A stretch of DNA of 64,000 bases from Lama glama (lineage: Eukaryota): contig CM052816.1 in the NCBI GenBank assembly GCA_028534125.1, forward strand, positions 74,340,001 through 74,404,000, given 5' to 3'. Below, one piece after another: positions 14,108 through 25,800 of the stretch (its first letter is position 1; each line of letters starts with the position of its first letter). A model generated the notes under the pieces. It was not told the origin of the DNA, did not search any database, and saw nothing but the letters and a program-made list of their open reading frames with translations. The translations under genes and the position numbers were made by a program.

Positions 14108-15419
14108 ATTATGAACACTGGAAGTGAAGATAAACAATGTGGTTGGAGGGACTCACTCCTGGATTGGATGATTCCCTTCTCATCTCAGCACATCTCCGTC
14201 ATGCTGGGAGTAGATGTGGAGGTGGGTGTGGCAGGGCACCTGTCACCTGAACACTCGTGGCCCTAGTCCTGCAGTGACTGTCAGAAGGCAGGTCCCAGGA
14301 AGGCCAGGGGGGTTTGCTGGCTCCCTGACCCCCTGTGGGGGCACCTGCCCAGCAGGAATGGACCAGAAGTTTCATTCTAAATATTGTAGCTCAATCTCAA
14401 GTTGAAACTCCACTGTGATCATTAGGAAGAACTGAAATACATTCTCAGTCAAATAGACATCTGAAAAGAATTGTTTCTGTTCAGAAAAGGTGTGTTGATT
14501 TCTTTTAAAAGCCAGCAAACATAGGGACAAAACATCCAAAAAAGACTGTTAGAGTCTATGATTCTGACCAGATTTTTCGAAGAACCTGAAACTAGATCAT
14601 TTCCTTGTGATAGAAAGGTGGAGAACTGACCCCTTCTGAATGTCAGTACTTGGAAAAGGAAAAGGGGGAGCTGACACCAATTTTGGCAATGTCCCTCCCG
14701 CTGCTGAGGCCCAGGGCGGGTGTGGGTGGTGGTTTAAGGAGCTTTGTTGGCTCCCTCTGCAAAGCATGACCTGACAGAGCCGGCGTGTTCCTTCCTGAAC
14801 AGCAAGTAAGACACACAGATCAGAAAGGCCTGTTTGGACACAGACTGATCTAGTCTGACTGTTTTCGGAAGCTGCTGTGTTTCCGTTCGCTTGACTGTGC
14901 TTTTTAAATGTGCACAAGAGAAGAGTGATCCAGCTGGGAGGGAGGGGACAGGAGCCCCAGGAACTGGCAAACAGGCTGCACGCTGTTCAGCAGACAGGCA
15001 GGAATAGAAGGGCAGAGGTGGGGCTCTGCTCACCCCCCATTCCGGCCGCTCTGTGTGCGGAGAGCTGTAGCTTCCTCCTGTCACCAGGGGTGTGACAGGA
15101 TGAGGGACTCCATGTTCCCAAGGACAGTTCGCCGACCGGTCTCTAGCCTGTCTTCCGAGGGGTCATCACGGTCAGCACGTGACAGCGTAAGGCTGGCTGA
15201 CTGCCTTTTCCGTGACTGGGTACACGGTATGTGCTTTTAAAAAATTGGATGTTTAAAGGGCCAGTTTTATTCACGGAAGAACTGTTGGAAGAATGCTTTT
15301 TGGACCAAATGCCAAAACACAGCTTCCTTCTCCTTCCTGCTTTGTACTGACTTAACCCATTTAGCTCTTGAGCTGAAAAAAAGAGGCAGTGGAAGCGCAG
15401 CTGGGCCTGCCCTACAGGC

Positions 15420-15512
15420 TGGGGGGGTGGGGGTGGGGTCCGGAGCTGCTGGGTCTGCAGGGAGGGGCGGGAGGAGGAAGGGAGGGCGGGCCAGGAGCTG
15501 GGAGGCGGGGCA
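15420..15512. promoter_or_regulatory. GC-box cluster / G-rich candidate regulatory element
   Basis: GGGGCGGG, GGGCGGG and GGCGGGGC within about 50 bp, in a locally GC- and CpG-richer non-repeat segment. Confidence 0.35.
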
Positions 15513-18500
15513 CGTCTCCTGCAGGTTTCTTCCCACAGCAGCCTGGCCGCAGCACAGAGGAGGCAGTAGCCTCTTCTTTTCCTGTTTCTCTCCACACACA
15601 CCGTGAAGGGCGTTGGGCCTGGATGCCCGCTCCACCTCCATCAACTATTAGTGTGTGCTTGGGGCAAGTTACTTAGCTTTCTGCTTCCTTATCTGTAAAA
15701 CAGAAATCATAACAGTCTTTAGTTATTGTGAGGATTCTTTGAGGCCATCCTTTTAAAGCTCTTAGAACTGGGTGGGAAAGAGCAGATTCTCAGCAAATGC
15801 TAATAAAAGCGGCACTCTTTCTGCTGATAACCCTTGTGATTCCCCCTGACGCCCTTGGATCACTGATTTGGGGGTACAGGAGGCCCTGGGTACAGGTAGC
15901 TAACTAGGGAGCGGGGAAGGAGAGTTTGTCAACAGAATCCTCTTCTTTCTGGAAATTCCTGGGGCTGGCGAGAGGGCTGATGACAACAGCTGGTTAGGAG
16001 ATTAGTGATAAAGGACCCTTGCTTGCTTCAGTGTCTGCTGTCGATTGTGCCACATGGAGGTGGTCTTCAAGTCCGCAGATCTGTGGTGGGTGATGGGTAA
16101 GAAAGAAATTCTCTAGATGCAGAGAGAAGTACATATATTGACTAGGAGTAGAAGGTGAGGGAATACCTATAGAAGGTTAGCACCATAAATCGTGACTTGA
16201 GAAAATTCGTTTTAGCTTGACCTCCCCCTGTAGAACCTGAGCAGAATGAAACTGGGAAGAGTAGCAGGACTTTGTAGGGAGAGTTTTGAGGTGGAAAGGG
16301 TTAAGGCCAGAGATAGGGCAGAGGAATCAGGTTGTCACTTTCACCATCAATAGCAAATATTTGCTGAGTCTCTAGACTATTTTTGCCTCATAGGCAACAC
16401 ACCCATGGACTTTGAAACCTGACTGTTTACATGGAATAACCCTACCTGTATAGTGTGTTGACCACAATTTTCCAGACCATAGTGAAAGCTTTTATATTCT
16501 AAGTGACTGAGTGAATATGCCTGATGAATCTTCACTGAGGAGAAATGCGTAGGAGGAATCTGGTAAAGGTTGCACATGAAGGCTTGGCCCCCCAGCGTGA
16601 AAATCTCCTTCAGCCCCTGTGGCAGAGATAGTGCAGTGCCATCACCAAACTGTATACATCCAACGCCTGCGCACACGAGAAAATCACCCTTCCCAGGGCT
16701 CTTGCGGCTAGGTGGGACCGTGACCAGGGACCAGTTCTGGCCACTAGAATGTTAGTAGAAGTGACACAGCCACTAACATTTCCTAGGTTTTCTACTCCTC
16801 TTTTTCCTTTCCAGGAGACAGAGCCACAGAGGGAAGGAGTGGGGATCCCTGAGTCGAGGCTTAGAAGATCTCCACCTGGGAGAGCTGCCCAGTCAACATC
16901 AGAATGTGAGTGGACCAGAAATAAAACAGCTGTGGCTGAAGGAAGTTTCAGGTTTGTTGTAGAAGCTAGCATTAGCCGCCCTGGCTGGTGCAGCCTCAGA
17001 CAGCAAAAATGACCAATGTTGAAATCCTATTATTGGAGTGACCATGGTGTTTCAGAGCAATAATGATTTCTTTTACCTTAAGATTTTGGGAGTTTCTTGT
17101 TAAAGTGTGAATATAGAAATATAATATATTAAACAATTGAAATTCATGATATTTACTGCATGTGGAAGTGCATAGATTCATTCATTCATTTATTCAATAC
17201 TGAACAAGTGCCTACAATGTGCTAGGCAACAGGCTAGAGGTGAGACTGACAGTTTTTCTGATTGGTCGTTGGTGAAGGGCTTGTTTATTGGGATGGAGAT
17301 TTTTTAGATCCAAGTGAGAAACATCCACTTTCTAGGGTGTCTCCTCCCTCATTCTTGTTCCTCAGTCACACCCAAGAAGGGGAAGGGAAGAGGTCCCAAC
17401 TGTAAGCATCTGGGCTCACCCTTTGTGGCACAAGTGCAGGCAACTTCCTGGCTGAGAGGGGAGGCCCTGGGCTGGGAGTGGGGCGAAAAGGAAATACCTG
17501 TGCACCAAAGTCAGGTGGGCGGGAGAGGACTGCTTACTCATTCATGTCAAGGCAGGCAAGATAGGATCCAGGAGGACTTATTTATGGGGAGCTTGGGGTT
17601 TCTTGGAATTGGAATCTGTTAGAAGGTCCTGATGTCTAATAATGATCATTGGTATTAAAATAAGCACACAAAAGCAATGTGATTTTTCTCACCTATAGAT
17701 ATATGATCTTTGGAAATCTTTCCGTTTTCTTAGTATGAGGGAGATTCTGAATAACGGAGTGAGGGACTGAAGTAGAATTTTAATCTCACATCATGTGAGC
17801 ACATTCTGCATTTATAGAAAGAGATACAGAACCACTTTATTTAGGCATTTGTTTCACTTTTATGCATGAAGCCCTCATTAAGAGAGGGCTGAGTGGCTTC
17901 CTCTTAACTATCAAAGATGAGACTACAGTTAACCAATATCCTGGGAAAGGGGAAAGAACATTTGCATGTGATGAACTTCGGACCCAGAGTTCTGGAGAAG
18001 GAGACCAACTGCCTAAAGAGGTCAGGCCTTCCTATGGGGAAGAAATGGGAGTTTCCCTAACTGCTCCCTGGAAGGCAGATTAGAGAAACTTGTTAGGTTG
18101 AGCTGGAGTCTGCTGACAAGAAAGAACAGTGAGGACCCTAGAGCAGGCCTCGCCAGGAGGACAGGGGATTGAAGACTCAATGCAGGGGCCTAAGGATTTT
18201 GGGTAAAGGCTGGTGTCAGGGAGGAGTGTGTTGAAGCCAGGAACCCCTCCTAGATGACACATTCACCCTGGCATGATTTCAAGATTTTGCAGAAAAAATG
18301 TCTGGGCATCAGAGGGTGGTCTGGTGCCTGTGAAACGGAAGAGCTGAAACCTTGGAGCTGGAACCCAGATCAGGGGCAAGAAATCAATAGACGGAGCAGG
18401 GCCTAGTGTGGCAGTGGTGCTAGTGGGCTGATGACGGTGTCCAGTTCCCTCTCCCTCTTTCATCATCTGATTCTTGGAGGCTCCCTGTGTGCTTGGACAG

Positions 18501-19649
18501 TAAGGGATGTGGATTGTGAAATTATGAATGGGGAGGAAGCAGTGATTGAGAGGGCATTCTGGATATTAAAGAGTATATGAAACTTGAAACAATTGGGTTA
18601 AAAAAAGTTGTCACCATATTTTTACTCAGAATAGATGATACTAGCCTTCAGTATATCTAAATGAAGAATGGGATAAGAATCAAGCCCCTAAAAACAGACG
18701 TGAAAGGAGTATAGGATTTGTAGCTGTGGTGAAACATAATTTCACGGGCACAGAATTTTTGGCTGCCTTTTGAGCTTGGTCTGGTGTGAACATGTGACCA
18801 AGATGAATACTACATTAGCAGAACTGTGACTTCTATTCACACCTCCGAGCTAGTCTGGAGTTCTGCTAAAACAGAAACCAAGCTATTCTTATTGCAGTGC
18901 TGACTTAGAGGACAACAGCAATTCATTTAAAACAGGTTTTTCAAAACAGGTTGACATACAGACTTCTTTTAAGGGAAAATACTTTACAGATTTCCATCAC
19001 TGACTTTAATTATTTTTACTGTAAGGATATGGTCTTTTTCTCTCTCCCTCATTCCTTTCTTTTCTTCTTTTTCTCTTGTTCTTGGGGCTCATTGAGATTC
19101 TTAAATCTTAAGTTTCTGTTTTTTTTTTAAATCAAATTTGGAAACATTTCAACCATTATCTCTTCAAATATTTTTTCTATCCCCGCCGCAACCCCAGTTA
19201 ATCCAGCAACATACATTATTAGGTTGCTTGAAGGTGTTCCACAGCTCACTGATCCTGTTTGTTTATTTTTTCAGTTTTTCCCCTTTCTCAGGGATTACTG
19301 TTCTGTACAACCTAATGTACAATGTCTTGAAACCACTGTTTTATATATTTTTTCACTGTTTTCTAGCACTTTCCAGCAGGAAGGTAACATTGGTCTCGGC
19401 TACTCCATCTTGGCTGAAAGGTAACCTATCAGGGTTGTCTTCAAAACCTCTCTCAAAAGAGTAAGGGAACTTCTCTTTCCCGGAAAGCTTCAGGAAATAT
19501 CCTCCTCAGGTACATTAATCACTAGTGGTCATGTTTTTTCACCCTGAAGCCGTAACTCTTGCAAGGAGATAGCATTGCAGTTTTTAAGCTGGACTTGAGC
19601 CACGTGCTCCATTGTTAGAACCAGCAGTGGAATTAACCTCTCTCTCTGT

Positions 19650-19865
19650 TAGAGTTTCTCACCCTCAGTGATCATGACATTTTGTGTGAGGTAATTCTTT
19701 GATGTGAGGGGCGGTCCTGTGCACTGTAGAATGTTTAGCAGCATTCCTGGCCTCTACTCATGAGAGGGCAGAAGCACCTCTATCCCAACTGAGAAAACTG
19801 ACAATATCACCAGATGTTACCAAAGGTCCCGAGGGTGGGGGAGGGGCCTCCTGCTCTAAGAATAG
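19650..19865. mobile_element. MER20-like hAT transposon
   Basis: gtttctcaccctc...gacatttt...taattcttt...gtcctgtgcactgtagaatgtttagcagcattcctggcctctac. Confidence 0.7.
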
Positions 19866-21368
19866 AGACTCCATGAGGTGCTGTGGATCCAGATGAAGTA
19901 TGGGGAAGTTGCCAACAGAAGGGGAGGCAGCCACAGGGTCCATCATATAATCATATAGTATACAAGCATCATATAGTATATAAGCACCGTTAAAAATTTT
20001 CAGGTAATTTTTAGAGGTTATAGCCCATTTACAGTTCCTATAAAACATTGGCTATATTCCCCTTGTTGTACAAAACATCCTTGTAGCCTGTCTTACACCC
20101 AGTAGTTTGTACCTCCGTCTCCTACCCCTGATTGCCCCTCCCCACCCCTGCTGGTAACCACTAGTTTGTTCTCTATATCTGAATCTGACAAGCATCATTT
20201 TTTGTAACAAAATAGATTTACAGATTATTTGGATACATACAAGGGCTAATGTGTAATTCTTAGGCACTAATAATAAGCAAGTTACAGATAAGTTAGAGAA
20301 TCAAATTAGGTACATATACAAAGGCACAATGTAAAGTATAAAACCCTGTAACACATGGTGTGCAGGTACTATTATTTGTACACCATTAGATCAAATCTGT
20401 ACTTTTTTTTTTATCTTATAAGATTTCGAAGTTCACTACTGTATCATGCCAACACCTGGACTCTGTTTCCTGTGTAGATTAGGTAGATGGTGGTGAACAG
20501 AGTGTCCAATAAGGGGCACTGAGAGACCATTTTGGGGAATTTCATTTTATAACATGTCACATTGTGCTTACATAGCGTAAGAGTGTCCTCCGAGGTAAAA
20601 AGACAGGTACATGGCAGAGACACTGAGAAAATGAAGTGTGGTGCATTGTGGCTGAGGCCCAGGGAGGCCTTGCCCACTTGCCCTCTCTTATACCAGACTC
20701 CCTGGGATGAGTAGAGAATGAAGTGCTGGTTATCTTCTAAAGCACAGTTGCTGAGGCTTTTAAAGTTCAGTGGAAATATCATTAGGATCTATCTGTTCTT
20801 TCCCTTTAAACTTTTGCTCTTTAATGAAATTGTTTGCAGAGCACTTAGTTTACAAAAGCACTTGTGCAAAAAGCTTATTTCTATTGAGATATAGTTGACA
20901 TACTGTGTAAGTTTAAGGTGTACAAAAGTTTTGGTACATTTCTGTATTACCATGGTTCTATATATATATGTATATCATATATATATATAGAATCTACATA
21001 TATATATAATATAGATTCTCTCTCTATATATAATCATATATATATATGATTACCACCATAGTGTTAGCTAACACCTCTGTCACGGTCACATAATTTCTTT
21101 ATTATAGTGGGAACAACTTCCTAGCAACTATGAAGTTTATGATAGTTTTGTTGTCTACAATCACTGTACTGTGCATTTCATCTTCTGGACTTATTTATCT
21201 ACTGTTCGCAAGTTTGTGCCCTTAAACAATACAACCCCAGCTCCCCCACCCCCCAAGCCCTGGTAGCCACCATTCTGCTCTCTGTTTTCATGAGTCCAGC
21301 TTTTTTGGATTCTACATGTAAGTGATATTGTACAGTGTTTGTCCTTCTCTGTCTGACTTACCTCAGTA

Positions 21369-21980
21369 CAGTCGACCCTCCATTTCTGCAGGTTCTGCAT
21401 CCATGAATTCAACCAACTGTAGATCCAAAATATTCCCCCCAAATTTCCAAAAAGCAAAACTTGAATTTGCCATGCATAGGCAATTTACATATCATTTACA
21501 TTATCTTCACCACATTTACATAGTATTTACATTGCATTGTATATTATAAGTAATTTAGAGATGATCTAAAGTATGTGGGAGATCGATGTAATAAGTGAAA
21601 TAAGCCAGAAAGAGAAAGAAAAATACCATATGATATCACTTATATGTGGACTCTAAAAAAAGAAAATAGAAGGACACAAACTTATTTGCAAAACGCAGAC
21701 AGAGAAGACAAACTTACGGTTGTGGAAGGTGGGGAATGGGGTGGGGAGGGATAAATTGGGAGTTGGGGATTCGTAGATATTAACTATTATATATAAAATA
21801 ATAAGGAAATTAACACATTATAAATCAACTATACTTCAATAAAAAAATAAAGTATATGGGAGGGTGTGCCTAGGTTATATGCAAATACTACACCATTTTA
21901 TATGAGACACTTGAGTGTCTCTGGATTTTGGTGTCCAAGGGGAGTCCTGGATCCAATCCTCTATGGATACTGAAGGACAA
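21369..21980. mobile_element. MER2-like Tigger MITE split by a younger L1
   Basis: TA then cagtcgaccctcc...attcaaccaac at the left end; taggttatatgcaaatactacaccatttta...ggatactgaaggac at the right end. Confidence 0.7.
21582..21847 (+). mobile_element. Short 5'-truncated young L1
   Basis: Ends in aaatcaactatacttcaataaaaaaa. TSD aaagtatgtgggag (21568-21581) / aaagtatatgggag (21849-21862). Confidence 0.8.
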
Positions 21981-22689
21981 TACCGTCATCCATTCATGTT
22001 GTCAAAAATGACAGGATTTCCTTTCTCATGACTAAATAGTATTCCATTTAATATATGCATATATGAAGCATCTTTATCCATTCATCTGTAGACAGACACT
22101 TAGGTTGTCTCCATATCTTGGCTGTCATGAATAATACTGCAATGAATATGGAAGTGCAGGTATCTCTTCAAGATCCTATACAAAAGCACTTTTCAAATCA
22201 TTGCCTTGTTTAATGTAACTCAGTTATTATTAATATCATTCCTACTTCAAACAAGTGGAAACTCTCAAATCCTTTAACCAAATCACCCACAGTCACACAG
22301 GAGGTGAATGGAAGAGCTGTAGTTTGATTCTAGATCTGAACCTTCTCATACCAAGTTCCATTTTTTTTTCTGTTAATCTTCTTTAGGGTCATAGCCCATG
22401 AAACACTCTCCCTAAATGAAAGAGTGGGGGAATTTGCTGTTTGCTAGAAGTACCCTGAATCTCTGGAAGCTCCAATGCAAACTTCAGGCCAAGCACTTTG
22501 GCATTGCCAAAGAGTCATTGTTCCTGACAGGCACAGACTAGCAATTAGACAGCACCTGACTAGCTCTGTGCGTACTGCTCACACAGTTCACCTGCCTTCA
22601 ACCCTCCCTGGCCACCAAAGTCCTGCCTTAGAGAAGCACAGTCTTCTCACCACAGGCCCCAGGAGAGTTTTATGGATGGGGAAAAACCT

Positions 22690-22835
22690 TGCTACATGGG
22701 ACCAGCAGTGTAGGTACCACCTGCAAGTTTGTTTGAAATGCAGAATTTCAGGCTCCACCCCAACCCACTTAATCAGAATCTGCATTTTAACAAGATCCCC
22801 GCATGATTCATGTGCACTATAAAGTTTGAGAAGTG
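22690..22835. mobile_element. MER5-family hAT fragment
   Basis: ttgtttgaaatgcagaatttcaggctcc...aatcagaatctgcattttaacaagatcccc...aagtttgagaag. Confidence 0.7.
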
Positions 22836-25800
22836 CTATTCTTAGGTCTAGGTGTCCTTTGTGACTTATCAAAGTCCTCTCCAGTGTAGTGGTTCTTTAA
22901 CCCAACAGCAGATGATCTGGGCAGTTTTGCCCATTCCACTGAGGTGTGTCTAACCACATTAGCAATGTTACGGCTGTTGTTAAGGTTTGATGTCCACAAG
23001 CATGTCTGCCTCAAACTCTTCACAGCTTGGAGTCTTGCAGGAGTATTTATCTCTGAAGATCCCAGGAGCCTGGCTGCATAGGACACGCACAGGTCAGACC
23101 TGGATCCCAGCCAGGGGTGTGGCCTTTAATGCCAGAGGCCTTACACTCATGCTCTGCCACTGGAGTTAAATCAGGTGGCCATGGATCATGGTCTCTTGGT
23201 GATCGATACTTTCAGGATCTTCACAGATAACGTATTTCACGCTATAATAGCTTAAGAATGTAGACGTCATCTTCTAGAATGATAGTGATGGCTCCAAAAT
23301 TTGATTCTCAGCTTTGTCATTTATTAGTTGTAAGATGCTGGGCAAGAAAACTGATTTCTCTGGCCCTCACTTTTTTATAGATTGAAGGGATTAGGCGGCC
23401 ATTAAAGGGCTCTGATAGCCCATCAGAACAGACACACCTGTGGCCAGGCAGAGTGATAATCTCTTTACAACAGCTATAAAGCATGACTGTAATCATGTAG
23501 ACAGACTTTGTATCAGTTTATGAAAACTGCCCAATTAGACTATAAAAATGATAAACATAGACTGACAGAGTCTTGAAAAGTCCTTTCCAGACCAAGATTA
23601 CTCTCCCAGGAGAATGTAAGTGATAATCACAGAGTGGAACACGGAGATCTCTGTGACCTGGGGAGGTAGGCTATGACTGTAGCTATGAGCCTGACCCTTG
23701 TGCTCAAAGTTCAGGTGCCTTACAGGGGCCCTTCGCTTACAGAAACAGAAAGGAGCGTGTCATCTGCTTCTGCTTCTGCTTCTGCTTCTACAGGAGACGA
23801 GGCCCTCCCTAGACAAATCCAAGCTCTGCTAGTTCAGCTTCTTTATTGAACAAGAGTTCAGCTGTTGTGGCATATGTGATCAAGCAAAACCTGTCCATTA
23901 AAAGCACCAGAAGCTTTTTTTTTTAAAGTTAATTGTAAAATATTTCAAAGATACAGAAAATAATAGATATTGAATTGACAAATATTAACATTTTCTAATA
24001 TTTCCTTTAGATCATTCTTTTTCTCTATAGAAATTAATTCCACCTACAGTTAGTCATACCCATTCCTCCGTTCACTAGAAAAACCATGATTTTGAAGTTC
24101 TCTCCTTGAAATTAGAGGTTGTAATTTTATTTCTATAATGGTTACTCTTACATTAAAAAATACGTACTCCAAAAAGTCAAAAGTTAATATGTCTACACTA
24201 TATCTGAACAAAACAATGACTGTAGAATTCTTTAAATCATTTTTCCCACCTTCTATTTTTTTCTTTAGTATTTTAGTTTTACATCATTTAAATTCCTCTT
24301 TCCAGTAGTCATCATTATTATTGTTTTTCCAAATAGCCAATGAGTGTTTACTTACCAAATTCTTTGATTCACACTGGCTTTTGCATTCCACTCATCCCTT
24401 TTCAGTTAGGTTTCCTTTTTCTAAAGTACATTGTTTAGTAGTTCTTCCGGGGACTATTTGAAAACACAGGCACTCAGACTTTCTTTGCTTGATCTCCTCC
24501 TGAAGGACAGTTTAGCTGATGTTTTCCCTCAGCACTTTCTGTTGTTTTGTGGTCTTTGTCTTTTCCTGCTGAGAAGTCTGCTTTAGTCTAATTGTTATTG
24601 TGTACATAATCTGTTTTTTTTGTTTGTTTTGTTCTGAAGACTAAAATTTTCTTATTTTCTTATTATCAACGGTGTTCTACAGTTTACTGGGATGAATCTC
24701 AGGGTGGATTAATTTTTACTTATTTAGCTCAGTATTCATTGTGATTCTTAAATCAGAACATTTAAGGCTCTCATTGATTCTGAAAAATTCTCATTGACTA
24801 TTGCCTTTCCCTCATTCTGTTCCTTCCTTTGTGACTTTCAGATATCGCGCTCCTCTATCTCGATAGTTAATTTTGTATACTTCATGGAGAATACAGATTC
24901 TATCCAGCACAGACTCCCACAGATTCCTACCCTAAACCTACAGAGATTTTAATACATGCGCCTTTTCTCATTTCTTCACCTCAGGTTAACATAGGTATCA
25001 TGACACAAGTTCTGCTGTGAGACTCAAGTTCATATTTATGTTCCATTCTTATCTGATGTTATTTTAGAATTTCCAAACCTCAGTTTTAGACCTGAACAGA
25101 GGTGCTCAGTGGAGATAAAGAGAGTATCCATTTCTTAAGTTTGTTGTGAAGAATAAAATAACATACATAGTACCAGCTTAGTAAGCATTTAATAAAATGG
25201 AATAGTTAAAATAATTGTCATCATATCATCTGCTCAGGGAAAATTCCTACACTTGTGTTCAGCGTCCATCTCCTTTGCAATTTGTAGTATTCTCCTTTTC
25301 TCTAGTATTTTCAGCTTCTTCATCTCTCCTACATCTGACCTTGCAGACTATAAAAATATCCAGGTTTTTTTTTCTTCCAAAACGACAAGTTTCTATCTGT
25401 AGCCTGAGATCTCCCTCCAGCTACCACCCTTTTATTTTATCTTCCTTTCTCAGAAAGGGCTTCTGCTACATTCTGCACATTATGGTTCCCAAGTCACTTT
25501 CAACCAACTTTCTGTCTTCTTTTACAAGCTCAGCTTTGGGCTGTAAAATTCTATATTATATTTAAAAAAATCTTCCTGTTGCACTTAGTCACTTTCATTA
25601 TGATGATGGTGGTCACTGTTTTGAGCCCTTGCTTTTTGCCAGGCATTGGGCTAAGTGCTTTACTACCATTGTTCCATTTCATCCTCATAATAACAGGATG
25701 AGGTAGAAACTGTTCCTATTCCTATTCAACAGATGTTGAACTTGAGATTTAGGGAAACTGAACAACTTGTCCGAGTCATACCTGTAGTAAGTGAGGGAGC

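Larger units (their letters stand above)
20875..22178 (-). mobile_element. Older LINE-1 3' fragment hosting nested insertions
   Basis: L1 3' UTR-like sequence on both sides of the nested element (ttgagatatagttgacata... and ...tccattcatgttgtc...acttaggttg...atctcttcaagatcct). Confidence 0.7.

Noticed and set aside
15143..15676. Overlapping Pro/Gly-rich ORFs
   Set aside because: Expected in GC-rich low-complexity sequence. No recognisable domain.
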